61,687 nt of DNA, from assembly GCA_964610645.1 (NCBI GenBank), contig CAZSZE010000018.1:1-61687 (forward strand), given 5' to 3'. Source of the DNA: an uncultured Enterobacterales bacterium. GTDB taxonomy: Bacteria > Myxococcota_A > UBA796 > CAJQPC01. Positions 18,230-26,715 of this stretch are shown here, piece after piece (position 1 is the stretch's first letter; every line of letters starts with the position of its first letter). The notes under the pieces are model-generated. The model was not told the DNA's origin. It saw only the letters and a list, made by a program, of their open reading frames with translations, and searched no databases. The translations under genes and the position numbers were made by a program.

Positions 18230-19717
18230 ATGGCGCATCCAAAGCTCGACGGCCTGAAGGTGGCACTGGTCTACCCTCCCTACGGCCCCGTGAAGAACGA
18301 GCCCGGCATCAAGGCCGTCAAGGAGAACTACGGGATCTTCCCCAGCCTGTCGCTGTTGTATGTGGCGGGAATCCTGGAGGCAGCAGGTTGCGAGGTGCAG
18401 CTCATCGATTCCCATGCAGAGGGCCTCGACCTGGACCAGACGGTGGCGCGACTCCGCGCATTTGGCCCCTCCTACATCGGCTACACGATCACCACCTACC
18501 TGTTCTTCCAGACCCTGGACTGGATCAAGGCCATCAAGGAGCTGGTGGATGTCCCCACCATCGTGGGGGGCGTGCACCTGTCCATCTACCCCCGGGAGAC
18601 CCTGACCCACGACTCGATCGACTACGCCGTGACCGGCGAGTGCGAGGTCTCCCTGGCCGAGCTGCTCCACGCCCTGGAGACCGGCGGGAACCTGCGGGAA
18701 GTCCGGGGCATTGCCTACCGGCCCCACGGCCCCGCAAGAGACGGGCGAGTGGAGACAGACGAGGTCGTGGTCACGGAACACGCCTGCATCGTAGACGTAG
18801 ACCAGGCCCCCCTTCCAGCGCGGCACCTGCTCGACAACACGCTCTACCACTCGTTCATCAGCCGCTACAAGAACTTCAGCTGCTTCATCACCAGCCGGGG
18901 CTGCCCCTACAAGTGCATCTTCTGTGAGCAGGGCTCCAAGACCTTCCGGGCCCGCTCTCCCAAGCTTGTCGTGGACGAGCTGGAGATGTGCTACCACGAC
19001 CACGGCATCCGGGAGTTGGACTTCTTCGACAGCTCCTTCACCATCCGAAAAGACCGGGTCATCGCCATCTGCGATGAGATCAAGCGCCGCAAGCTGCCCC
19101 TTGTCTGGGCTGCCCGAACCCGGGTGGACTGCATCAACAAGGATGTGCTCGAAGCCATGGCCAGCGCCGGGTGCAGCCGCATCTACTACGGCATTGAATC
19201 CGGCAACCGCGAGATTCTCCGGGTGCTCAAGAAGAGCACCAGCCTGGAGCAGATCAAGCGCATCGTGCGGGAGACCCGGGAGACCGGCATCGACACCTTC
19301 GGGTACTTCATGGTGGGGAACCCCTACGAGACCGAGACCACCATTCGCCAAACCATTCGCCTCGCGATTGAGCTGGACCTGGACTACGCCCAGTTCTCCA
19401 AGGTCACGCCCATGCCCGCCACCGAGATGTACGCGATGATGCTCGAGGAAACCGGCGTGGATTTCTGGCGGGACTTTGTGCTGGAACCCCACGACCAGCT
19501 TGTGCCCCGGCCCCGGTGTGACATGACCGATGCCGAGATCCAGCGCTGGGCCCGACTGGGCTACCTGCGGTTCTACTACCGGCCCAAGATGATGCTGCGG
19601 CAGCTTCGCCGCATGAGGTCCATCGGCGAGGTGCAGCGCTCGATCCAGACGGCGGTGCAGATGCTGCGAGAGCACAACCTCGGTGAGGATGCGACGGGCA
19701 TGGAGGTCCTCGCCTGA
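18230..19717 (+). CDS. Cobalamin-binding radical SAM protein
   Basis: PSLSLLYVAG, IVGGVH, TSRGCPYKCIFC, GIESG, YFMVGNPYET. Confidence 0.93.
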   Translation: MAHPKLDGLKVALVYPPYGPVKNEPGIKAVKENYGIFPSLSLLYVAGILEAAGCEVQLIDSHAEGLDLDQTVARLRAFGPSYIGYTITTYLFFQTLDWIKAIKELVDVPTIVGGVHLSIYPRETLTHDSIDYAVTGECEVSLAELLHALETGGNLREVRGIAYRPHGPARDGRVETDEVVVTEHACIVDVDQAPLPARHLLDNTLYHSFISRYKNFSCFITSRGCPYKCIFCEQGSKTFRARSPKLVVDELEMCYHDHGIRELDFFDSSFTIRKDRVIAICDEIKRRKLPLVWAARTRVDCINKDVLEAMASAGCSRIYYGIESGNREILRVLKKSTSLEQIKRIVRETRETGIDTFGYFMVGNPYETETTIRQTIRLAIELDLDYAQFSKVTPMPATEMYAMMLEETGVDFWRDFVLEPHDQLVPRPRCDMTDAEIQRWARLGYLRFYYRPKMMLRQLRRMRSIGEVQRSIQTAVQMLREHNLGEDATGMEVLA

Positions 19718-19752
19718 TAGGCGCCAGTGATCTCGCCTGATAGGCTGCCGGA

Positions 19753-21441
19753 ATGTTGATTCTCGGCATTGCCGACAACCACGATGCGGGGGCAGCCCTG
19801 GTGGAAGATGGCCGCCTGGTGGCGGCGTGTGGCCAGGAGCGGTTCGACCGCATCAAGAACAGCGGGGCCTTTCCCACCGCGGCCATCGATGCGGTGCTGG
19901 ACATCGCAGGACACCGCGCCCGGGATGTGGACCGCATTGTGGTGGGCACGGCGTTTACACCCTCCTTTGCCCTGCGGCGCCTGCCCGGTTTCCACCACAA
20001 GCGAAAGGAGTCACAGGACCAGTTCGACCCCTTGCTGAACGCGTACATCGTGTACCAGGTGGGGCTGCGGGCTGCGGGTCTCCAGGGGCTGGAGCTGCGG
20101 GCCAATCGCCGCCTGCTGAGAAAGCGCCTTGGGGGCCTGGGGTTCAAGGGAATCCCGGTGGATCTCATGGATCACCACGGGGCCCATGCCCAGGCAGCGT
20201 GGCGCTCCCAGGTGCGGGATCCCTGTCTCGTGTTCACGGCCGATGCCATGGGGGACGGCATCACCTGCGCGGTCTGGCGGGGAGAGGGCACCTCCCTCAC
20301 CAGCGTGTGGAAGCAGTCTGGATTCGCGGCCCTGAACACCTACTACTCCCGCATCACGCAGCTGCTTGGGTTCATCCCCAACCGCCACGAAGGGAAGATC
20401 ACCGGACTGGCGGCCCTGGCAGATCCTCCGTCAGACCTGTTGGCACACTTCAAGACCCAGCTCCACTTTGTGGGTCCGGGCTTTTCCACGACCAACTACC
20501 GGCAGCGCCAGAGCCTGGACGACGCCTTCCACGCCCCCCTCAGGGAACGCCCCCGAGAGGAGGTCGCGAGCGCCTTGCAGGCCAACCTGGAGGAGGCGGT
20601 CTGCTCCTGGATTCAGCACTGGGTGCGCGAGGTGGGGGTGGCCGATGTGGCGGTCTGTGGTGGGCTCTTTGCCAACGTGAAGCTCAACCAGCGCATCGCC
20701 GGGCTGCGGGCCGTGGACAGCCTGTGGGTCTACCCGAACATGGGGGATGGAGGGCTGGCGGTCGGGGCAGCCCTGGCGGCAGCCCACGCGCCGCCGGTTC
20801 GCACGGAGACAATGTGCCTGGGACCGTCCTACGGGGAAACAGACCTGATCCGCGCGTTGCAAGTGGCGCGGCTTTCCAAGACAAAGCCCGATGACCTCCC
20901 GGGGGCTGTGGCGAACCTGTTGGCCCAGGGAAAGGTGGTGGCACGCTTTGATGGGCGCATGGAGTTTGGCCCGAGGGCCCTGGGAAACCGCTCGGTCCTG
21001 GTGCGGCCTGATGACCCGGCGGTCAATCGGTGGCTCAACGACAAGCTGGGGCGCTCCGAGTTCATGCCCTTTGCACCCCTGGTCCGGGAGAAAGATGCCG
21101 AGCGGTTCTTCCTTGGAATCCAGAAGGCCGCGGAGGCGTCCCGGTTCATGACCGTGTGCTTTGACTGCACCGATGCGTTTCAGGAGATCGCTGCGGGAGC
21201 GATCCACGTGGATGGAACCGCGCGGCCCCAGGTGCTCGCCCCCGATGACAACCCGGGCCTCTACGCCATCCTGGATGCCTTTGCCGAAAAGACCGGGCTA
21301 CCCGCCCTGGTGAACACCAGCTTCAACCGCCACGAGGAGCCCATCGTCTGCTCCCCCAACGATGCTATTCGTGCCTGGCGCGAGAGCGAGCTCGATGCCC
21401 TCATCCTGGGTCCCTTCCTCGTAGAGCGAGATACCGGCTGA
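19753..21441 (+). CDS. Carbamoyltransferase (NodU/CmcH family)
   Basis: HDAGAAL, ERFDRIK, HHGAHA, EGKITGLA, GGLFANVKLN, GRMEFGPRALGNRS, NTSFN.HEEPIV. Confidence 0.93.
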   Translation: MLILGIADNHDAGAALVEDGRLVAACGQERFDRIKNSGAFPTAAIDAVLDIAGHRARDVDRIVVGTAFTPSFALRRLPGFHHKRKESQDQFDPLLNAYIVYQVGLRAAGLQGLELRANRRLLRKRLGGLGFKGIPVDLMDHHGAHAQAAWRSQVRDPCLVFTADAMGDGITCAVWRGEGTSLTSVWKQSGFAALNTYYSRITQLLGFIPNRHEGKITGLAALADPPSDLLAHFKTQLHFVGPGFSTTNYRQRQSLDDAFHAPLRERPREEVASALQANLEEAVCSWIQHWVREVGVADVAVCGGLFANVKLNQRIAGLRAVDSLWVYPNMGDGGLAVGAALAAAHAPPVRTETMCLGPSYGETDLIRALQVARLSKTKPDDLPGAVANLLAQGKVVARFDGRMEFGPRALGNRSVLVRPDDPAVNRWLNDKLGRSEFMPFAPLVREKDAERFFLGIQKAAEASRFMTVCFDCTDAFQEIAAGAIHVDGTARPQVLAPDDNPGLYAILDAFAEKTGLPALVNTSFNRHEEPIVCSPNDAIRAWRESELDALILGPFLVERDTG

Positions 21442-22137
21442 CACCGCCCACAACGAGGCGGTTCCACTCCAGAGCTGCCCCGAGAGGTAGGGAGTGTGGC
21501 GCGGGTCACGGCCCTTTCGCGCACGAAGAAAGCTGTTCCATTCTTTGCCGGCCGGGTTCTTGAAGACGGTGGGATGGGCGAGGTTCATGCGCATGCGGGT
21601 GACGCCCTTGCTCCCCAGGTGCACCAGGTGGGCGGTGCCATCTGAATCCATGCGCTCCACCACCGCCACGTGGGTGTTGCGATCGTCCTGGCGGCCGTTG
21701 CGGTTCCGATCATGGGTGTTGTCGAAGAAGACCGTGTCTCCCACGCGGAGCTTGTTTCGCTTTTTCGTGTAGACCCCGTGCTTGCGGGCCAGGTCATAGA
21801 GCGCCGCAGCATTGCGGGAGCCCAGGTCCACCCCTGCCCGGGCGTGGGCTGCATCCACAAAGCCGGAGCAATCGTAGCGATAGGTGGTGCCGCCGGTGTG
21901 CAGTCGGCTCTTCCCCACCAAGGCCGCTGCCGAGGACGCCACCCGGCGCCCCCCCCGTGTGGATTTGCCCGTGTTTCGGTCCGCCACCGGGGAGGTCTTT
22001 TTCTGCTGGGGGGAGGATTCCGCCTGCCCCGGGGTTCCACCCAGGTGCCGGGTGGGACCCGGAAAGCGCATGGGGGTCGTGGCACAGCCCACCGACAGCA
22101 GTGCAACCAAGAACCCGAGGGACAACCTCTCAACCAT
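21298..22137 (-). CDS. NlpC/P60-CHAP family lipoprotein (putative peptidoglycan hydrolase)
   Basis: LLSVGC lipobox, YDCSGFV, GDTVFFDNT, THVAVVE; 3' end overlaps the carbamoyltransferase gene. Confidence 0.8.
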   Translation of the reverse strand: MVERLSLGFLVALLSVGCATTPMRFPGPTRHLGGTPGQAESSPQQKKTSPVADRNTGKSTRGGRRVASSAAALVGKSRLHTGGTTYRYDCSGFVDAAHARAGVDLGSRNAAALYDLARKHGVYTKKRNKLRVGDTVFFDNTHDRNRNGRQDDRNTHVAVVERMDSDGTAHLVHLGSKGVTRMRMNLAHPTVFKNPAGKEWNSFLRARKGRDPRHTPYLSGQLWSGTASLWAVSAGISLYEEGTQDEGIELALAPGTNSIVGGADDGLLVAVEAGVHQGG

Positions 22138-22178
22138 TGCACTAGCATACCCATTGACAGTCAAAGACTCAACGGGAA

Positions 22179-22985
22179 TCAACGACGCCAGCGATCCACT
22201 CCCCACAAGGCCAGGGAAACCGCCGCCGTGCCCAGGGCCGCACCCGCCAGGGCCCGGGAGGCAGCATACTGGGCATCATGGGCTTCCAATGTGGTGGCCT
22301 GTAGGCTGCTGCGATCCAGGGCCATCGCCCCGCCCCACGAGGCCACAGCCAGGGCGCCGCCGCCCAGGGCGCACCGTCCCAGCAGGGAGGTCGGAACCAG
22401 GGACGGGGCGGACCGAGGCTGCTGCAAGCCTGCATCCAGAATGGCCTGCTCTCCCCCTTGGAGATCCACCATTCGGTGAAAAACCACAGAGCCGTCATCC
22501 ACCACCTGCACCAGGTGCAGGCCGGGCAACACCTGTGCGGAATCGCCCGGCTGCCCCTGGCCATTGACCCACAACGACGCCCTGGGGGTCATGGGCTCAA
22601 TGCGAACGGTGGAGTGTTGGGCAATCCGGTGGTGGGGTGCCTCCCACTGGGTCTGCAAAGAGGACCCAAGGCGCGGCTCGAACCAATCCATCGACACTGC
22701 GACCGCCTGGCCAATCGCTGCATCCAAGGCGTCGTCTCCCCGAAAAAAGTGCACTGCTGCCCGGACCTGCCAGAGGGTGGCATAGGCATGTGGATCCACA
22801 GGGCTTGGGGTGCATCTCGCCCCCCGAAGACCCTCATCCACCCACGCCTCCGCCCGCTCCAACTCGTCATCCACCACCGCGGCCACGGCCTCTTTCGCCA
22901 GGTCTTGGAGTGTAACGTCACCGCAATCGGCCCAAGCGCCCTTCGTGAGAATCCCCCACAGAACGGGCGCTAGTACAGCTCGCAT
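22179..22985 (-). CDS. Hypothetical exported/membrane protein (helical N-domain, PEGA-like segment, C-terminal TM helices)
   Basis: Signal-like start MRAVLAPV, LWVNGQG...LPGLHLVQV; directly downstream of the kinase gene. Confidence 0.6.
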   Translation of the reverse strand: MRAVLAPVLWGILTKGAWADCGDVTLQDLAKEAVAAVVDDELERAEAWVDEGLRGARCTPSPVDPHAYATLWQVRAAVHFFRGDDALDAAIGQAVAVSMDWFEPRLGSSLQTQWEAPHHRIAQHSTVRIEPMTPRASLWVNGQGQPGDSAQVLPGLHLVQVVDDGSVVFHRMVDLQGGEQAILDAGLQQPRSAPSLVPTSLLGRCALGGGALAVASWGGAMALDRSSLQATTLEAHDAQYAASRALAGAALGTAAVSLALWGVDRWRR

Positions 22986-24508
22986 GACCCGCCGTCCTTG
23001 AGAAACTTGATGCGCCGAGAAGTCGCCGTCACCAGAACCCTGCACATGACATTCCACCCGTCACCCGTGTAGCGAAAGGTGTGCGCCCCAACCGGCAACG
23101 TGATCCGCTCCCCAACCTCCACGCCCTGGCTCTTCACCTCCACACGGCCCTCCCGCGGATCCGCCAGGATCTTCAGTGACACCCACTCCAGGACATTCGC
23201 CGGCGAGGGAAGCGGATCTGCGATGGCGGCTTCCACTTCCTTGGCAGCCGGGGCCACCCGAGGCGTCCGGGCAGGGGGGGGCGAGCGCGTCTTCGCCGGA
23301 GGTGCCGGATCAGTCGCAGGTGCCGTCACTTCGGGCGCAGATGGCTCCGGGTTCGGTGGTTCCATCGGCGCCGCCTCTTCAAAGACCGATGCTGGCGCCA
23401 CCTTTTCCTCCAGGTCACCCTGCCGCTGCTGGAGGCCCCAGAACACCCCCAAGAGCCCGAGCGCCAGTCCCAGTCCGCGAAACACAGCCGAGGACCGGGA
23501 GGGGGCCGGGTCGGCCTCCGAGAAGCTGTGGTGGGTCAAGATGGACCCGCTGGGGGCGGTGTCGTCCCCCAAGGACTTCTCCCGGTGCTCCAACAGCCCC
23601 GGCACCGTTTCCTGGGCAAACCGTCGAAGCTCCGGTCCCGGCAGGGCATCCCCCCAGCTCCCAAACATCGACTCGGCCTCCGCTGCGGTCAGGCGATCCT
23701 CCGGGTGCCAGGCCAGGAGCTTGCCCAATCCCGATCCCACGAACTGGGTGCCCCAGGACTCCTCCAGGTCGCGGATTTCCTCAATGCGCTGGGCCAGTCC
23801 GCGGGCAAAGGCGTCCTCCCGGGGCGCGAGGGTCTCGAACCGTGTCCCGGTCACCAACTCAAAGAACGTTGCCCCCAGGGCATACACATCCGAGGGGTGG
23901 CCGGCTGTGCGGTCCAGAATTCGCTCCGGCGCCATGTAGCGGCGGGTCCCAAAGCTATAGGCGGCGGTCTCAGCCTCCCGCTCGATCTCCCCCCGGGCCA
24001 CCCCGAAATCCATGACCTTCACCGCCCCCCTGCGGGACAGGAGGATGTTCGTGGGCTTGATGTCCCGGTGCACAATGTGCAGCGGCTTGTCGCTTTGGGG
24101 AGACACCCCCGCCCAGGCCGCGTGAAGTGCGCTGGCAGCACACTCACAGATGCGGGCTGCAATGCGAGGCGCCATTCCCGCCCCGGAGTGTTTCCTTGCG
24201 TGCAACAGCAGAGTGGCACAATCCACCCCCTCCACAAACTCCATCAGGACCGCCACCCGGCCATCGATCTCCGTGAGCCCAAAGACCTTCACCACGTTGT
24301 CGTGGTTCACCTGGGCCAACAACCGCGCCTCGTCCCGCGCCCGGGCCTGCATCTCCCGGTCCAGTCCCAGCTCCCCGTGCAGGAGCTTGATCGCCATGCG
24401 CTGCACCAGTCCATCGGAGGTGGTCACATCCGCCAGGTGCACCGCTCCAAAGCCCCCCCGCCCAAGGGGCCGCAGAAAGCGAATGTGCCGACCACTCTCC
24501 GAGGACAT
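22970..24508 (-). CDS. Hanks-type Ser/Thr protein kinase with TM helix and Pro-rich linker
   Basis: LGRGGFGAV, MAIKLL, HRDIKPTNILL, DFG, YMAPE, SDVYALG; start trimmed to MSSESG (GGAG RBS). Confidence 0.92.
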   Translation of the reverse strand: MSSESGRHIRFLRPLGRGGFGAVHLADVTTSDGLVQRMAIKLLHGELGLDREMQARARDEARLLAQVNHDNVVKVFGLTEIDGRVAVLMEFVEGVDCATLLLHARKHSGAGMAPRIAARICECAASALHAAWAGVSPQSDKPLHIVHRDIKPTNILLSRRGAVKVMDFGVARGEIEREAETAAYSFGTRRYMAPERILDRTAGHPSDVYALGATFFELVTGTRFETLAPREDAFARGLAQRIEEIRDLEESWGTQFVGSGLGKLLAWHPEDRLTAAEAESMFGSWGDALPGPELRRFAQETVPGLLEHREKSLGDDTAPSGSILTHHSFSEADPAPSRSSAVFRGLGLALGLLGVFWGLQQRQGDLEEKVAPASVFEEAAPMEPPNPEPSAPEVTAPATDPAPPAKTRSPPPARTPRVAPAAKEVEAAIADPLPSPANVLEWVSLKILADPREGRVEVKSQGVEVGERITLPVGAHTFRYTGDGWNVMCRVLVTATSRRIKFLKDGGSCELY

Positions 24509-24748
24509 CTGCTGTGCTCCTGCCCCCTTGCTGAAGGGTACCCCATGCATGGGTTCTCCTTGCAACCCAACCGGGGCACCTGCACAATGAGGCACAGCCC
24601 CCATGATCCTCCGATCTGCCCGATGGGCCACGCGCCCCCTGCATCCCTCGGCCGGAAGCGGCAAAGCGGGGACCCTTCCCTTGGACAAGTTTGATTTGGA
24701 TGGCGCTTTGGGGGAGCTGACGGCCACCAAGAACGAGCACGCAGCGTA

Positions 24749-25579
24749 GTGTCCCAGCTGAACGGGGCGGTGGCCCTTGTGACCGGAGGCGCCCGGGGAA
24801 TCGGCAGGGCAATCTGCGAGGCCCTGGAGGCCCGAGGTGCCAAGGTGGCCTGGTGCGACCTGGATCCGGCCGGGCAAGCCGGCGGACACCTCCTGGATGT
24901 ACGGGACCGGGCTGCATTCCTCGCATGGATCCAAGAGGTAGAGGCCCGGTGGGGCCCGGTGGACCTCCTGGTGAACAACGCGGGCATCATGCCCGTCGGC
25001 CCTTTTCTCTCCCACACGGAAGCCGCGGACCGCCTGATGGTCGACGTCAACATCCATGGCGTCCTCAACGGCATCCACGCGGTGCTCCCGGGCATGTTGG
25101 CGCGAAAGAGCGGCCACATCGTGAACGTGTCCAGCATTGTGGGCCGCATGCCCATGCCTTTTGTCTCCACCTACGCCGGCACGAAGTTCGCCGTGGTGGG
25201 GCTGACCGAGTCCCTGATCCACGAGCACTGGAATTCTGGCGTCAACTTCACGATCGTGCACCCCGGCAGCGTGGACACGGAGCTTGTGGCTGGCTTGCCG
25301 GAGCCCACCTGGCCCAAGCACGTGACCCCCCAGCAAGTGGCCGCCGCCACCTGCCGGGCCATCGCCCGCAACAAGCGCCGGGTCTTCGTGCCCGCTGTGG
25401 GAGCCCTCTTCGCCCTCCTCCCCTGGCTGATCCCCGATGGAATCGGACGCTGGCTGGCCAAAGTCTTCGGCGCCCTGGACCTCATGAAGCGCGTCGATGA
25501 AGAGGGACGGGACGGGTATCGCCAGCGGGTGTTGCCGCCGGCGGGGGCGGTGGAGGATGGGGGGGAGTCTTCCGACTGA
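24749..25579 (+). CDS. SDR family NAD(P)-dependent oxidoreductase
   Basis: TGGARGIG, LVNNAG, YAGTK. Confidence 0.93.
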   Translation: MSQLNGAVALVTGGARGIGRAICEALEARGAKVAWCDLDPAGQAGGHLLDVRDRAAFLAWIQEVEARWGPVDLLVNNAGIMPVGPFLSHTEAADRLMVDVNIHGVLNGIHAVLPGMLARKSGHIVNVSSIVGRMPMPFVSTYAGTKFAVVGLTESLIHEHWNSGVNFTIVHPGSVDTELVAGLPEPTWPKHVTPQQVAAATCRAIARNKRRVFVPAVGALFALLPWLIPDGIGRWLAKVFGALDLMKRVDEEGRDGYRQRVLPPAGAVEDGGESSD

Positions 25580-25715
25580 GTCCTCGCATCCCCGGTCTCA
25601 CTGTGCTTTGGTGCGGCAGGCCTTTCGGCGGCCTCTTCCGTAGAGCGGCAGTGGACCCGTAGCACCGCAAGAGACACTCGTGGCGCGTGGTCCGGCCCAA
25701 GGGTACAATCCGGCC

Positions 25716-25943
25716 ATGTCACGTCCCCTTCACAAGCTGACCGCCGAGGCGTTGGATTTGCCCGAGAGGGACCGGCTTGCCCTGGCGGATGCGCTGATCA
25801 ACAGCGTCGAAGGTCCCGTGGACCCGGCGTGGGAAGAAGCGTGGTTGGAAGAACTTGAGGCGCGGCGCAGACATGGAACCGCTGACGTTCGGCCATGGGC
25901 AGAGGTTCGTGACAGCCTCCTCAGTACACTCGACAGTCAGTGA
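25716..25943 (+). CDS. Addiction module antitoxin component
   Basis: EALDLPERDRLALADALINS...AWLEELEAR...PWAEVR; GTGA overlap with the toxin gene. Confidence 0.85.
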   Translation: MSRPLHKLTAEALDLPERDRLALADALINSVEGPVDPAWEEAWLEELEARRRHGTADVRPWAEVRDSLLSTLDSQ

Positions 25944-26248
25944 CTCGAGCGCTGGTTCTTCACCCGGAGGCAGCAGACGAATTCAAGGAGGCCGCCCGCT
26001 GGTACGCCTCTCGAAAAAAGGGGCTGGGAGTCGCTTTCGCCATGGCTGTAGATGAAGCGCTCATGTCGATCGCCCAGCATCACCATCGCTACCCGAAAAT
26101 CAGTACGAATCGGCCTTGGCGACGGATTGGCCTGCGAGGATTTCCCTATGTGGTGTTCTACGAGGTCGAAGGGGATCGCGTCCTCGTGATGGCGATCGCC
26201 CATGGTCGCCGAAGGCCCGGTTACTGGGTGGCACGGCAAAAGGAGTAG
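25940..26248 (+). CDS. RelE/ParE family toxin
   Basis: HPEAADEFKEAARWY...GLG..F, FPYVVFY, VMAIAHGRRRPGYW. Confidence 0.9.
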   Translation: MTRALVLHPEAADEFKEAARWYASRKKGLGVAFAMAVDEALMSIAQHHHRYPKISTNRPWRRIGLRGFPYVVFYEVEGDRVLVMAIAHGRRRPGYWVARQKE

Positions 26249-26257
26249 ATCGAATGA

Positions 26258-26304
26258 CTACAAAAGCTGGCTGATCCTCAGCATCACCAGCACCTGCGGA
26301 TCCG
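26258..26304 (-). repeat. Diverged copy of the last 47 nt of CDS 27506..29839
   Basis: 40/47 identical to 27506-27552; 23-nt perfect core (26282-26304 = 27530-27552); encodes DPQVLVMLRISQLL* versus DPQVLVMLRISQLF*. Confidence 0.93.
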
Positions 26305-26306
26305 AT

Positions 26307-26409
26307 TGGAATTCTAGCGTCCGCTTCACTATCGTGCATCCCGGCAGCGTGGACACGAAGCTTGTGTAGGGGCTGAAAGAGCCCACCTGGCCCAGGCACG
26401 TGACCCCCC
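26307..26409 (+). pseudogene. Internal fragment of the SDR gene (diverged copy)
   Basis: 88/103 identical to 25229-25331 by manual count; in-frame TAG at 26367-26369. Confidence 0.9.
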
Positions 26410-26447
26410 GGCGGTCGGCTCCACCCAGAGTTTCGGCCCAACCGACT

Positions 26448-26624
26448 TCGCCAAATCGAGGGGGAGTCATTTCATACCCCCCGAGATCTGGCGAACCACA
26501 CAGCACAATTGTCGCCAATTCAAGGGGGAGATACCCCATCCCCCTCCAAATCTGGCGAACTTCCAGGCCACCACCTCGCCAATTTCGGGGGGAGTCACTT
26601 CATACCCCCCGTGATCTGGCGAAC
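26448..26624. repeat. Array of three 49-nt palindromic repeats, 64-nt period, 15-nt unique spacers
   Basis: Units 26448-26496, 26512-26560, 26576-26624; consensus TCGCCAA-n5-GGGGGAG-n-CAT-n-CCCC-n-ATCTGGCGAAC. Confidence 0.93.
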
Positions 26625-26715
26625 TCGGCGCTCCGGGACCTTTCAGCGAGATTGCACGCTGCTGGCGGCATTCTCGCTCAGGTCAAGGGGGTGGGCAGCG
26701 CTGGGCGTTCTTGGC

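Noticed and set aside
22179-22300. MYXO-CTERM sorting signal as a local substrate for the myxosortase-like protease
   Set aside because: The hydrophobic plus Arg tails here and in the GldG-like protein lack the preceding GGC-type cysteine motif.
24509-25336. 276-aa N-terminal extension of the kinase in the ORF track
   Set aside because: Mostly the antisense shadow of the SDR gene; kinase motifs begin right after ATG 24508, which has an RBS.
25580-25700. Possible structured RNA between the SDR gene and the antitoxin
   Set aside because: Only partial inverted matches (GTCTC/GAGAC, AGGCC/GGCCT) of the kind expected by chance at this GC content; no recognisable family.
25229-26409. Diversity-generating retroelement template/variable repeat pair (SDR gene versus its copy)
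   Set aside because: Mismatches are not adenine-specific in either direction or strand, and there is no reverse transcriptase in the window.
26258-26539. 93-aa ORF ending DPQVLVMLRISQLL
   Set aside because: It is a chimera of repeat-array sequence, antisense SDR fragment and the duplicated gene tail; unlikely to be a real gene.
26448-26624. CRISPR array or integron attC sites
   Set aside because: Repeats are 49 nt and vary internally, spacers are only 15 nt, and there are no cas genes. There is no RYYYAAC...GTTRRRY order, no ORFs between units and no intI.
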